Below are positions 11,055-23,000 of a stretch of 64,000 nt of DNA, in pieces. The stretch covers positions 192,001 to 256,000 of the forward strand of contig CM000430.1 of the NCBI GenBank assembly GCA_000165345.1, written 5' to 3'. Numbering within the stretch: the stretch's first letter is position 1; every line of letters begins with the position of its first letter. The notes beneath the pieces are model-generated. The model was given only the letters and a program-made list of their open reading frames with translations. It had not been told where the DNA came from and did not search any database. A program made the position numbers and the translations under genes.

Positions 11055-11507
11055 TGCTTCCTATTCTTTTTTTCTTGGCCAAACAATTTTAAATTAATTG
11101 GTATAATTGACCACACAATACACCCTCTTTCTAAAAAAAAAACAAGAAAAAATGTATTTCCACTTCGCAAACTTCTTCCGGTTCCCCCCTATTTGGCTCA
11201 TTTTCAAGTATGAGACATGATGTCTTTAATGATTATTTGAAGGGCTCTATGTTTCCCGCCTATTCTTAAAAAATTATATTAAAAATATACTATGGGGAAA
11301 AAGTTAAGTATTGTGTGGAAAATATGTTTTCTGAGTAAAAATTTGTTGAAATAAAAAAGTGCAATATTTTGACCAAACATTGAAGTTTTGTGATAGTTAT
11401 TGAATAGCTTGGTTGAACACACAATATCGGGCATTTTTGAAGTTCTAATGGTTGATTTTGAAGTAAAATGCTAAATATATTGAAAATATAGGAAAATAAA
11501 TAAGAAA

Positions 11508-12638
11508 ATGAAATTCCCAAATACATTAGAAATTAAGGAAAAGATTTCAAAAAGAGTATTTAATGCAAAATACAAAAGCCAGGACGTTGTGCTTAAATTA
11601 TTTACACCTGACGATTTGGATGGCTGTGCCGCCCAAATAAAACATGTTTTCGATGAGTATGAAGGCACAGATTGTGATTACTTGGAAACATCATTGGATG
11701 ACAGAGTTTTATATTGTATAAATATACATTATTTAATCCAAAGAAAGCTAGGGATATCCATGACATCAGAATATTACCGCAAAGATATGCAGGAATGGGT
11801 TTTTGAAACGATTGTAGATGGTCAAAGAGATTATTTAGAATCATCTCTGTCCGAAGAAAACAGATCTAGAACTAGCAAAGATATGAAAAATTCTTTCATA
11901 CAGCTGATTCATGTTTTTGGTGTGAGATTTGATCAGAAATCTCAAGTTTTTACTTCCCAGGATCAATTTATTGGCCTCATTTTTCCTAAGTTGGGGCAGC
12001 CATTGATGAATTTTGCACAAAACCAAAGATGGGTTCCAAATCCCATTTATCTATCTTCCGTCTTTAGTGATGAATTGTCTATTGCTCATATCTTCAAGGA
12101 TGTTGTAAAATCTGCTTTATTTCTTTTAAGAGAGTTGAATATTGTCCATAAAGATATTAAGATCGAAAATATATGCACTGTATTAGACAACCCAGAATCA
12201 AATAAAATACATCCTATAATAATTGATTTTGGTGAATCTCAGATTCTAAGTAATAATGGAATGCTCAGAGACGCATATGGGACTCATACAATGCTACCTC
12301 CAGAAGCATTTACATATTCATTTTGTTCTCACAATGATGAAAATTATATGGGTTATTCTGCTGAAAAAAGAGAAGTTTGGACTCTCGGCTGTTTATTGCA
12401 TACTCTAGTTTTTGGTTATCCCCCTTATTTTGATATATTCTCAAAAAAATCTCCCATAGAATTTCAGTTGAAACTGTGTGATGAAAGCATTACTATTGAT
12501 ATTCCTACCTACTCAAGTGTGCTAAATGCAGATATCTCACACAATTTGAGAAACCTCCTTAGTAGTATACTAGTCAAAGCCCCTAATAATAGACTTTGTC
12601 TTGAAAATATTTTATTACATCCATGGCTCCAACCCTAG
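11508..12638 (+). CDS. Divergent Ser/Thr protein kinase-like protein
   Basis: Catalytic-loop-like HKDIKIEN, DFG as DFGES, activation segment ...PPE, candidate beta3 Lys in VVLKLF; no canonical GxGxxG loop and a long insert between beta3 and the catalytic loop. Confidence 0.6.
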   Translation: MKFPNTLEIKEKISKRVFNAKYKSQDVVLKLFTPDDLDGCAAQIKHVFDEYEGTDCDYLETSLDDRVLYCINIHYLIQRKLGISMTSEYYRKDMQEWVFETIVDGQRDYLESSLSEENRSRTSKDMKNSFIQLIHVFGVRFDQKSQVFTSQDQFIGLIFPKLGQPLMNFAQNQRWVPNPIYLSSVFSDELSIAHIFKDVVKSALFLLRELNIVHKDIKIENICTVLDNPESNKIHPIIIDFGESQILSNNGMLRDAYGTHTMLPPEAFTYSFCSHNDENYMGYSAEKREVWTLGCLLHTLVFGYPPYFDIFSKKSPIEFQLKLCDESITIDIPTYSSVLNADISHNLRNLLSSILVKAPNNRLCLENILLHPWLQP

Positions 12639-12971
12639 AATATATAGATTAGAGGTTGAACCATCTCCAATATCCCACAAATATTAACTAGCAATTCGCT
12701 GTTCATAATGTTTATTTTTATTCATATATAAATATCCCCCCTTTCGTATTTTCAATTTTGCATGTATTCTCGCATTTTATTTGCATGTGAATATATTTTA
12801 ATAAATAAAGATCGTTGGCGCCATACGTGTCTTATAAATTAATAGGTCAAATTATTAGCAAAATGCCATTCGATAATAAAAATAGATTGGTCTATTGATA
12901 AGTACTCACAGCTGTTAATAACTACCTAAATAAATATATTTGAAGAATTAAAATTATCCCTATAAGAGAAA

Positions 12972-15900
12972 ATGATTAATAATTCACAGGAACTGGTTCA
13001 AAAAGTGGATGACATTGTACTTCCAGAATGTGAAGATAGAAAGTACAGAGCTTTAGAGCTTAAGAACGGTCTAACAGCCTTTTTAGTATCAGATAAGGAA
13101 ACTAAAACAAGTGGATGCTGCCTTACAGTCTACATTGGAGCTATGTACTCTCCTAAAAATTTAAATGGATTGGCACACTTTTTAGAGCATATGTTATTCT
13201 GTGGAACAAAAAAATATCCGAACGTGGATGAATATCAAAAATTTATTGCAAGCCATGGAGGAAAGAGGCATGGATCTACTACAAGATCAACTACAACATA
13301 TTACTTTGAAATAAAAAATAATGCTTTTAATGAAGCATTGGATAGATTTTCTTCATTCTTTACAGAACCATTGTTTTGCAAGGATATGACAGAAAAAGAG
13401 GTTTCTGCCATTGAAAATGAGTTCCATCTTAAATATCACAGTGATGAAAGAGTTAGATTCCATTTACTTGGTCAATTGTCAAACAAATCACATCCTTTGA
13501 ATTGTTTTACTACCGGGAATAAAGAAACTTTGGAATTCAAACCCAAAAAATTGGGAATCAATCTCCATTCTGAACTTTTAAAGTTCTACTCTTCCTATTA
13601 CAGCAGTAATATTATGTCAATTATTCTTTATGGAAAAGAAGATCTAGACACATTGGAAAAGTATACTATTGAATATTTTTCAAAAATTCCAAATCACCAA
13701 GTTAATTGTTTTGATTATACAAAGATTTTCATGGAAATTCCTCCTTATACAAGAGAAACTTCAATTGGAAAAATTATTAAGTTAATACCTTATGAAACTG
13801 ACAAAAGATTAAAAATCTACTTCCCACTTCCTCCTTTAGACAAATATAACGATAGTTGTGCTCCTGCTTATATTGCAAACATTATTGGACATAAAGGTGA
13901 AGGAGGAATATCATCAATATTAAGAGCTAAAAAACTTGCTACTGGTGCTTCTTTTGCTATTACTAATGAAGATCCATGTGCACTAGCTCAGTTTGGGGTT
14001 GTTCTAACTGATGAGGGGTATAATAATATTGGACAAGTATTGGAAATCATTTTCAACTTTTTAGTATTATTTAAGGCAACACCTGTTATTCCAGAACTAG
14101 TTGATGAGTTTATTGGGATTACTAGAGCAGGTTTTACTTATCAACCCAAATTCTCAATTCGTGACTTATTCTCATTACCAGCAAAGTATCTCAAATACAA
14201 ATGTAAATTTGAAGAAATCCTCTCTTCCGGTTTTGTTGTGAAAAAATTTTCACAAGATGATGTATTCTCTATTTTGGAATACTTAAGTAATGACAATTTT
14301 TTTATCTTACTATCTTCGCAAGCAATTGAGGAGGAGTATAAGAAAAATCAAGAAAACTTTATTGTTGAACATTATTATGGAACAAAATATAGTATTTCAG
14401 AACTAGATGAAGATTTGCTTTCAATAATTAATTCCTCCTCACCAGAAAAGGCTTTAAAACTTGGGTTAATTTTGCCAAAGCCGAATCAATTTGTATCAAC
14501 AGATTTCTCAATATTAAACCCACAAAAGGTTTGTGTTAATGATTACTTGAGAATTCCTGAGCTTCTAAATTTTGATGAATTGAAAGCTCAAGGTAATACC
14601 GATTCTTACAATATTCATTCACATCCTTTAAATATTTGGTTTAAACCAGATTCAACCTTTAATTCTCCTCATTCATTAATCAATATGAGATTAGTTGCTG
14701 AGAGAATTCTAGAATTTAAAGAAAACTCATCTTTTGAGAAATTGTCAAATTTTTCAAATGAATTAGTTTTCCAAGTATTTGGTGAAATCTTAAATGAAGT
14801 TATGTATAGAAGTATGCATGAGCTTTCTTCAGATATATTAGCAGCAAGTTTATCTTATACAATTAATTTCAATTCTAGAACAAATGTATTTGTTTTACAA
14901 GGATTTGGACTTTCTCACAAATTAAATTATTTGATTTCAATAATGTTCGAGAAATTATATCATGGAACAGAGGTTAGAAAATATTATGATGAAGCCATAT
15001 TAATTATAAGCAAAGATTGGAAGAATAAGATAATAAAACCAAATTTGACTTCACTTTCACTAGAATGTATCTCAGAATCTTTGTCACCTTTTTTCTTCAA
15101 TCGTCAAGAAAAATTAAATGTTTTGGAATCATTTACTTTTGAATTGTTTTGTTCTATAAGACAACACTTTTTATCAAACTGTAGACTTGAAGGGTTAATT
15201 ATGGGTAATTTTTCAGAACCAAATGCAAAGTGTATTTCAATACAACATTGGAAAAATTTGATAAATTTCCAGAATTCTGTTAAAAATGAAGTAAAATCTT
15301 GTGGAATAAAAGTAGAACAATTTTCAATTGTTAATTTAAAAAAGGATATTTATACTTTAAATTATATTCCAAATAGTTCGGACAAAAATGGATGTTGGAT
15401 GTTGAGTTTCTTCCTTGGAGAGTATAATTTGAGGAAACAAGTCCTATGTGATTTGATTTTACCGTTTGTCTCAAGTGAAGCTTTTGCTGATCTCAGAACT
15501 AATCAACAACTAGCTTATGTTGTTAGAGCTACACAGATATTTTCTTCTCCTGCAATTATTATTGGATACTATTTACAATCATCTGAGTATACTAATGCTC
15601 TAACTCTTGAGAGGCTTTTAGAGTTTCATATAAACAAAACAAAAGTGGAACTAAAAAGTAAATTGAATAAGGAAATGTTTATAAAATTGAAGGATTCCAC
15701 AATTCAAACCCTTTCATCAAATCCAAAAAGTATCTTTGATGAGTATAAGACTTATCTTCATGAGATTAATGAAAGATCATATTTATTTGATATAAGACAA
15801 AGGAAAATAGATATATTAAATAATGTACAATACAATGAATTTATTGAATTTTATGATAGTATATGGACTTCAAACTCCGTATTAACAGAAATAAGATCTC

Positions 15901-16052
15901 AAATAGATGATACTAAGAATTCTGGTGTGGGTTCTGAATATAAAGATCCATCTATTCCAGAAGGATATTTAAAATTGGAGTCAATTACTCAGATTTCAAG
16001 GAACAAAAATACACCCATGATTTCGCTGGAAGATAAACTAAAGAATTTGTAA
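12972..16052 (+). CDS. Insulinase-like peptidase, M16A family (IDE-like), paralog 1
   Basis: Inverted zinc motif HFLEH at the N-terminal domain plus a downstream ENEF Glu; ~1000 aa four-domain architecture typical of insulin-degrading-enzyme-like proteases. Confidence 0.9.
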   Translation: MINNSQELVQKVDDIVLPECEDRKYRALELKNGLTAFLVSDKETKTSGCCLTVYIGAMYSPKNLNGLAHFLEHMLFCGTKKYPNVDEYQKFIASHGGKRHGSTTRSTTTYYFEIKNNAFNEALDRFSSFFTEPLFCKDMTEKEVSAIENEFHLKYHSDERVRFHLLGQLSNKSHPLNCFTTGNKETLEFKPKKLGINLHSELLKFYSSYYSSNIMSIILYGKEDLDTLEKYTIEYFSKIPNHQVNCFDYTKIFMEIPPYTRETSIGKIIKLIPYETDKRLKIYFPLPPLDKYNDSCAPAYIANIIGHKGEGGISSILRAKKLATGASFAITNEDPCALAQFGVVLTDEGYNNIGQVLEIIFNFLVLFKATPVIPELVDEFIGITRAGFTYQPKFSIRDLFSLPAKYLKYKCKFEEILSSGFVVKKFSQDDVFSILEYLSNDNFFILLSSQAIEEEYKKNQENFIVEHYYGTKYSISELDEDLLSIINSSSPEKALKLGLILPKPNQFVSTDFSILNPQKVCVNDYLRIPELLNFDELKAQGNTDSYNIHSHPLNIWFKPDSTFNSPHSLINMRLVAERILEFKENSSFEKLSNFSNELVFQVFGEILNEVMYRSMHELSSDILAASLSYTINFNSRTNVFVLQGFGLSHKLNYLISIMFEKLYHGTEVRKYYDEAILIISKDWKNKIIKPNLTSLSLECISESLSPFFFNRQEKLNVLESFTFELFCSIRQHFLSNCRLEGLIMGNFSEPNAKCISIQHWKNLINFQNSVKNEVKSCGIKVEQFSIVNLKKDIYTLNYIPNSSDKNGCWMLSFFLGEYNLRKQVLCDLILPFVSSEAFADLRTNQQLAYVVRATQIFSSPAIIIGYYLQSSEYTNALTLERLLEFHINKTKVELKSKLNKEMFIKLKDSTIQTLSSNPKSIFDEYKTYLHEINERSYLFDIRQRKIDILNNVQYNEFIEFYDSIWTSNSVLTEIRSQIDDTKNSGVGSEYKDPSIPEGYLKLESITQISRNKNTPMISLEDKLKNL

Positions 16053-16477
16053 TACATACTTTATTTGCAGGTTATAATACTGTATAATTTCTTAAAATTA
16101 ACACACTCAATAATGAGATTGCAAAAAATTAGTTCAAGACTAAGTAATTTAATTACATTATTTTAAAAAAAAGTCACATAAAAAACACAAAATAGTCAGT
16201 TTCGATTCAAAATTTGTAAATTATTTTTTTTATTTTATTTTTGTATCTGAATATTTGTTATTTCATCCGATAAAGGAAATTATTGCAATTTTGAAATGGC
16301 GGGAACATTCAAAATGTTATGTGGGTTAATAGCACAAATATCTGGGAAAAATGTCAAAAGGGGGGGTAATTTTTGTATAGAAATTAGGCATAAAGATAAA
16401 AATAAAATAATCTGAAAACCAAGAAAAGAAAAAAGAGACACGAGGAAATTATTTTTTCAGAGATTTAAATAGAATAG

Positions 16478-19400
16478 ATGACAGAAATAAAGACGAATTT
16501 AAAAGAAATTCAGAATGAAATAACGAAGCCAATTTATGATGACAACAAATATAGAGCTCTGGTATTGAAAAATAATTTGAGGGTATTATTGGTTCAGGAT
16601 GAGAATACGGATATTTCAGGAGCAAGTATGTCAGTATTTGTTGGTTGTCAGCAAGATCCTGAAGAACTGAATGGCCTTGCCCATTTTTTGGAGCATATGT
16701 TATTTTTAGGCTCAGCCAGACATCCAAACCCTAGTGATTTTGATGACTATATGAAATTGAATGGAGGGAGTTCAAATGCATTCACAGATAATTTGTCAAC
16801 ATCTTACTTTTTCGAAATAAAAAATGAGTCATTTGAGCATGCATTAGACTTATTTTCTGCTTTTTTTATATGTCCTTTATTTGATACAAAGTATGTAGAT
16901 AGGGAAGTTAATGCAGTAAACAGTGAGCATAACAAAAATTTGTTATCAGATTTATGGATAAGATATCATGTAATTTCTTCAATAGCTAGGAATGGGCATC
17001 CATTGAGAAAGTTTGGTACTGGAAGTATAGAAACATTAAAATATGAGCCAGAAAAGAAAGGAATTGATTTGATTGCAGAACTGAAGAATTTTCATAATAA
17101 ATATTATAGTTCAAATAATATGTTTCTTACTTTGGTTTCAAATTGTGATCTTGATGAGCTTGAGAGTTATGCAATAAAGTATTTTTCAGAAATAGTTGAT
17201 AAGAATATTGCTCGTGTTGATTATTTTGGTGAATTCCAAAAAGAAAGACCATATTTAAGTATTATGGAATCTCCAGAAGATGGTGCTCTTGAGTCAATGG
17301 TATATGTAATACCTAATAAAGATGAAAAAAAAGTATCTTTTAATTTTCAGATTCCTGATTTACGTAAATTTAGAAAAGGACTTCCTGAAATGTATTTTAC
17401 AAATATTTTAGGACATGAAGGGCCAGGAAGTTTGACTTCAGCTTTGAGAAGAAATGGTTGGTGTCTTGCTCTAAGCAGCGGATTAAATGAAATGTATTCC
17501 GCTAATTTGTTTGAAATAATAATAACTTTAACAGAGAAAGGTGCAAGAGAAGTTTTGAGTGTTATTGAATACACATTAAATTTTGTGAATTTGGTTATAA
17601 AGAATGAAATAGATATGGAAGTAGTTTCAGATCTTGAAAAACTTTCTCAGCTTGTCTTTGATTATAGAAATAGACCAAGTCTAGATGAAACTATAAGTAA
17701 TAATGTATTTGCTCTTGCAAATTTACCTCCTCTAAAGGAACTTCTTACTTTTGGGAATAGAGTTGAAAAAATGGATGTAGATGCAGTAAAATATCTTAAA
17801 CAATATTTTGATCCCAAGAATATGTTTATTTTACTTTCAATTCCGGAAAATAAAGCTCTTATTGAAGATGAAAGACTTAAAGATAAATTAATTTATGACA
17901 GACATTATAATATAAACTATTTGAAGTTAGAGTTTGGACCAGAAATTAAGGAAATTATCTCTAATATAAGTCTTTCTAATGCTAGCAGATTTGGACTCAA
18001 AATGCCAACAAAAAATAATTATATTCCAGAGAATTTTGACTTAATGAACACGTATGGCGGCAACATGCAGGCATTCCCCACAATTTTGGAGATTCCTGGA
18101 AATTCATTTAGTGACAGAGTGGTTGCATATTATAAGCCTGATACAAATTTTCAAACTCCACACGGTTTTTCTCAATTCTTTTTCTTCTCATCAAGTAAGG
18201 TTACATGTGAATTACTTGTTCTTGATACTTTGACATCTTTAACATTAAGTAAATTTGTTGCAGAAGAGGCTTATAATGCAACCATTGCCAATTTAGACTA
18301 TAAGATTTCGGGTGGGTACAATTTAAGAAATTCAATGAATTGTTTATCTATCACAATTTCTGGTTTTAATGATAAAATGCACACATTATTAAAGTTTTTG
18401 ATCAAATCTCTAGTTGAACTCAAAAATGATGGTAAAAAGCAACTATATAAATCATTCTTTGAAGATGCTCTGGAGGAAAGTAGACTATCAGTCAGAAACT
18501 CACTTTTTAATCCAGATATACTTGCCCATTTGACTTCGTATAATTTCAGGGAGTTTTATTCTGTTTATACTCCTTCAAAAGAGGAGATTTTATCTATATT
18601 AAGTACAACTACATACGAAAGGTTGTGTGATCATATATCAACATTTTTCTCACAGTGTTTGATAAAATCGATCACAGTTGGTAACTTAAATAAGGAACAA
18701 GCACGAGAACTTGTTGAAACTGTGACTATCAAGGAATTGTTATCGTCTGAACAACTAAATTCTAAAATGGAAAAGACTATCATTAGAAACTGCATAGATT
18801 TGGAAAAAGCAATAGAATCAGATCCTGAAATAAAATCCAATAGGATCATTCTATCTAAGTCTGTGATAAACCCAATGGATAAGAATGGTTCAGTTATATA
18901 TTCAATTGATATGGGAGAGTACAATTTAAGAAACTACGTTCTTTTGGAGCTGTTGTCAAAATATTTGGATTCAAATTGCTACTTAGAACTTCGTACAAAT
19001 CAACAATTAGGGTATATTGTGCATGCATGTAGCTATAATTTAAAGCCAGCTATTGGTATTTATGTTTGTGTTCAGTCTTCAGACTTCAGTAATTCTCATG
19101 TTATAAACCGCATTCATAATTTACTTGATGATCTTTTGGTCGTAAAATTATCGGAAAAGCTTGATGAGGATCAGTTTAACATTTTAGTGGATTCTGAAAT
19201 TAAGATTTATTCAAACAAACCAAAAAATATTAAAGAGGAAGTTGCTCAATACTTGACAGCAATCACTAATGGAGAGAGCAATTTTGATTGGAAAGACAAG
19301 TCCATTAAAATTCTTGAAAATTTAACTTATCAAGAATTCTGCTCTTTTGTTACAGATCTAATCAGTAGGCCAAGGACTATTGTACAATCTGTATCAGCCT

Positions 19401-19519
19401 TGGACGCCAGCAAAAAATGTGAAGATGTGGCTAATGATTTTGTTCCAAATGGATTTATAGTTATCAAAGATTTCAAACATTTTAGAAATACTGACGCACT
19501 ACTTAACATAACTATATAA
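16478..19519 (+). CDS. Insulinase-like peptidase, M16A family, paralog 2 (tandem duplicate of the upstream gene)
   Basis: HFLEHMLFLGSARHP zinc motif, REVNAVNSEHNKN distal Glu (IDE: REVNAVDSEHEKN); N-terminal ~130 aa clearly alignable to paralog 1 (KYRALxLKNxL...NGLAHFLEHMLF). Confidence 0.9.
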   Translation: MTEIKTNLKEIQNEITKPIYDDNKYRALVLKNNLRVLLVQDENTDISGASMSVFVGCQQDPEELNGLAHFLEHMLFLGSARHPNPSDFDDYMKLNGGSSNAFTDNLSTSYFFEIKNESFEHALDLFSAFFICPLFDTKYVDREVNAVNSEHNKNLLSDLWIRYHVISSIARNGHPLRKFGTGSIETLKYEPEKKGIDLIAELKNFHNKYYSSNNMFLTLVSNCDLDELESYAIKYFSEIVDKNIARVDYFGEFQKERPYLSIMESPEDGALESMVYVIPNKDEKKVSFNFQIPDLRKFRKGLPEMYFTNILGHEGPGSLTSALRRNGWCLALSSGLNEMYSANLFEIIITLTEKGAREVLSVIEYTLNFVNLVIKNEIDMEVVSDLEKLSQLVFDYRNRPSLDETISNNVFALANLPPLKELLTFGNRVEKMDVDAVKYLKQYFDPKNMFILLSIPENKALIEDERLKDKLIYDRHYNINYLKLEFGPEIKEIISNISLSNASRFGLKMPTKNNYIPENFDLMNTYGGNMQAFPTILEIPGNSFSDRVVAYYKPDTNFQTPHGFSQFFFFSSSKVTCELLVLDTLTSLTLSKFVAEEAYNATIANLDYKISGGYNLRNSMNCLSITISGFNDKMHTLLKFLIKSLVELKNDGKKQLYKSFFEDALEESRLSVRNSLFNPDILAHLTSYNFREFYSVYTPSKEEILSILSTTTYERLCDHISTFFSQCLIKSITVGNLNKEQARELVETVTIKELLSSEQLNSKMEKTIIRNCIDLEKAIESDPEIKSNRIILSKSVINPMDKNGSVIYSIDMGEYNLRNYVLLELLSKYLDSNCYLELRTNQQLGYIVHACSYNLKPAIGIYVCVQSSDFSNSHVINRIHNLLDDLLVVKLSEKLDEDQFNILVDSEIKIYSNKPKNIKEEVAQYLTAITNGESNFDWKDKSIKILENLTYQEFCSFVTDLISRPRTIVQSVSALDASKKCEDVANDFVPNGFIVIKDFKHFRNTDALLNITI

Positions 19520-20060
19520 ATAGAACATCTTTTTTTCTCGCTCTTCCTTTTTAGCTGGACAAAATTACTTATAAATCACCATGCAGACTTAAACAGACAA
19601 GTTAAATCAACATTAGAACAAAATACTGGCACTTATGAGATTTACATCATACGTATCTATTTCAGACTAATTTAAATTCAAATATCTGTATATTCACAAG
19701 TTAAGAAATTTATTTGACAAGGACTACTTATTAAGAAAAAGATAACTAGTTTAGAATCATTAGAAATGTAGATCAACAATTATATTATCTCATTGGAGAA
19801 AACAATTTTTTAAAAATTTCTTCATTTTTTTATGAATTTACTATCATTTTGACAATTTTAATTAGAATTTTTAAAGGATATTTGCAATTTAGGCGGGAAG
19901 TGAAAAAACGACATAAATACTTACTATAGAGGAAACAATAATGGAGGAATAATATTAAGATAAAATAGCAAAAGTAAATCTTTTAAGTATATAATAGGTT
20001 AAAAGTAATTTTAAATACTAATTATTTGGAACATTTTGATGGGATTATCTAAGGATTACA

Positions 20061-23000
20061 ATGAATAAGTATCTACTTATTTACCATTTTTTCCTACAGG
20101 TGGTAATTCTATTATCAATTAATGGAATTTCATTAGGAAAAGAATCTGATTTGGTAGATAACGAGGAATGTGAAAATCCGGAGTATTTGTTTCCCTGGGG
20201 GAACGATTATCTTAATTCATGTTTGAGTTTTCAATGCCATAGGGTCCGAGAACATAAAAGTTGGTATCGCTTTTGGGAAAAAAAACCAAAATATGTTCAT
20301 AAAAATATTAATGGAAGTGAACGGGTGATACAATGTTCAGACTGTGAAGGTTTTTTAAAGAAAGGAGCTCTATTTGGTGGAATGTCAATTTGTACTCCAA
20401 TTGAGTTTGGTGGTAGTTTTGATATACCAAAAGGTTGGGTATCTATAGCTACTGCAAGCTTGCAATTAAATAAGGAAATTAAGAATAAAAGCTCAATTAA
20501 GTTAATTCCAGATAACTGGAGAATTGATGGACAGACTAAAAAGACAACCTTGGACTTGTCCGCTTGTTCCACTTCTGATGATTCTGAAGTAGCTTTATCT
20601 ATATTAGTAACTTTATCAAATATAGCCGAACCTTCCAGAAAGTCCTCAAAATATAGACGTATTTTGGGTCTTCATGATGATTCAATTAATGTGAGGATTA
20701 AAACTCTTGGAGTTGATATGGGAGACTCAGCGGATGGTTTTGACGATGATGATTTGGATGATGACTTTGATGACGAATTTGATAGTGAAGATGTTCAACA
20801 AAGCATGCAACCTGATAATGGGTATAATGAGTACTTTTTGTATGATATGAATAAATTAGCTTCAACACAGCATAGGGTACCTAGAGACAACCCATCCAAG
20901 GGCAAAAAAAATAAGCGAAAAGTAAGAAAGCAAAAACCATTTACTGGTGCAGAAAAACTCCCAAGAAAATGGAAACTTAGCAAAGGCCATGCTTCGATAT
21001 ATTCATCGTCCGATGTTGTGAGGCTTGATCTTGCTTCAGATATTCACCCCAATGAACTTGTCCAAGTTATTCTTACATGTAATAACAAATATATGAATTG
21101 CAATATCCAAGACTTTGTTTCGTGCTTCAATATTCTCTGTAGATCTGTAACCAAGGAAGAGCTTATTCGTAGAGCAGCTTTAATGAAAGCTAAACGGTTC
21201 ATTTCAAATTCTATTATTTCAGGTCAAGTAGTGCCTAAAATGGCTTATAACGGCATGCCATTTCAACCCGGTTTCCCGCCTGCTATTCCAGGGCCTTTCA
21301 ATGGTCAATTCCAGTATCCACATGCAAATAATATAGTAAATGGGAATTTCATACAAAGAAATTCAACTTTGCCTATTCAAGGAGTTTCGAGTGTAGGAGC
21401 AAATTATATTCAAAATAGGGGAAAAAATGGGATTGTTATGGTTAACAATGGAGTAGGAAAGCCTGCTGAAGTAAGTAACCAAGCTAACGTTTTTGTTGGA
21501 AATAATGATGGCGTACAAAATGTAAATATAAATACCAATACTAAGACTGCTGGAATTTCTAATATTTCCCTTCAGCAACCTCCTGCAAATGTTAAAACTT
21601 CTCAGAGTACCGCAGCATCAAAGGGTATTCAAATAATTTTTGTACCAGCACAGAGTCAAACGAATGCCCACTGCCAAAGCCAAACTAACATGGTTAATGT
21701 AAATAAAGCTGTGACTAAATCATCGTTAAAACAGAAAAAGCAAAAAACCTTCATAAGTCAAAACATCATTCCAAAGGAAAACACTAATATTCCAAATCAA
21801 ATTAATAATCCTCAAATACCTACACCAAAACAATCTAAGTCTCAAATAAACCAGATCGGAGTTTATGGCCCTGCTAATCACACCGTTGTTACCTCGTATA
21901 ACTCAAATGTATTAAACACTGATATTTATCAAACTTCCTCTGAGAAAAACTTGGAGAGTCAACCAACAACAGTTTGTATACTAGCTATGGAACCTAAAAG
22001 TGAATCTAAAGTAAATGTTGCGAGTTCAAACACAATTCAGCCCGTAGAACAAACTCAATTCAGCAATGTAAAACAAGATGTTACAGTAGTTTTTAATCCT
22101 ATAAATACAGTTACAAAAACCTCAAAAACTAGCAAACGCAATACTGTGAAACAAACAACAACTAAAACTCAAGCACCAACTTTAAATATTTTATTAGTTC
22201 CTAGTAAGACTGTTAAAAGAAAGAATAATTTCAAGAAAGTTTCTAAAGTCTCTAAAAACGAGGTTAAACATGCAAATAAAACAGTAGACATTATTTTGTT
22301 AAATAGTAATTTAAATCATAAACCTAAAAAGGCTGTTGATAAAAGTAATTCAGATTATATGGCTTTGAATACAAATAATGTCCTAAAACCTCCAAAAATA
22401 ATAACAGGCAAGATAACCTACAAATTGCCTAAAAAAATCAAGAAAAGTAGCAAATCAACAAAGCCAGAGTTTAATATTATAGATACCATAGTTTTAGAAA
22501 AGGTTGATAATAAGGAACCCAGAAACAAAATTGAAAAGTTAGTCCCTGTGGATAGCTCTTCTTTAAGTGATGAGAATATTTTATTATCAGATTCTGAAAT
22601 TAGTAGCCAATACATTTCTAGTAGCCAGAAGAAACATTCTAGACAGTCGCATAGCTCCCGTTCGAAGAATAAAGCTCATAGAAAGAAGTCCATAAAAGTT
22701 ATATCTCGAGAAGACGGAGCAACTGAAAACGTTCTGCTAGATTCCAACAAACATATTTCTAATTCCGATAATAAGGCTTCTTCGGTCAAAGTAGAAAAAT
22801 ATATTCTACATCCAGTTGGCACTTCAGAAAGTTCTGAGGACTCTGAAAGTTTTAGCGAATATGAATTTGGCTCGGAAGAAATTGGATATCTGAGTGATGA
22901 AGATTTCAGTGCCCTAATTCTGAAAAAAGTTAAAGATGATTCTGCAAAGTCAGATAAATCAGTGAAAACGGAGTCCAATTCTAAAGTCTCTATTCAGTCA

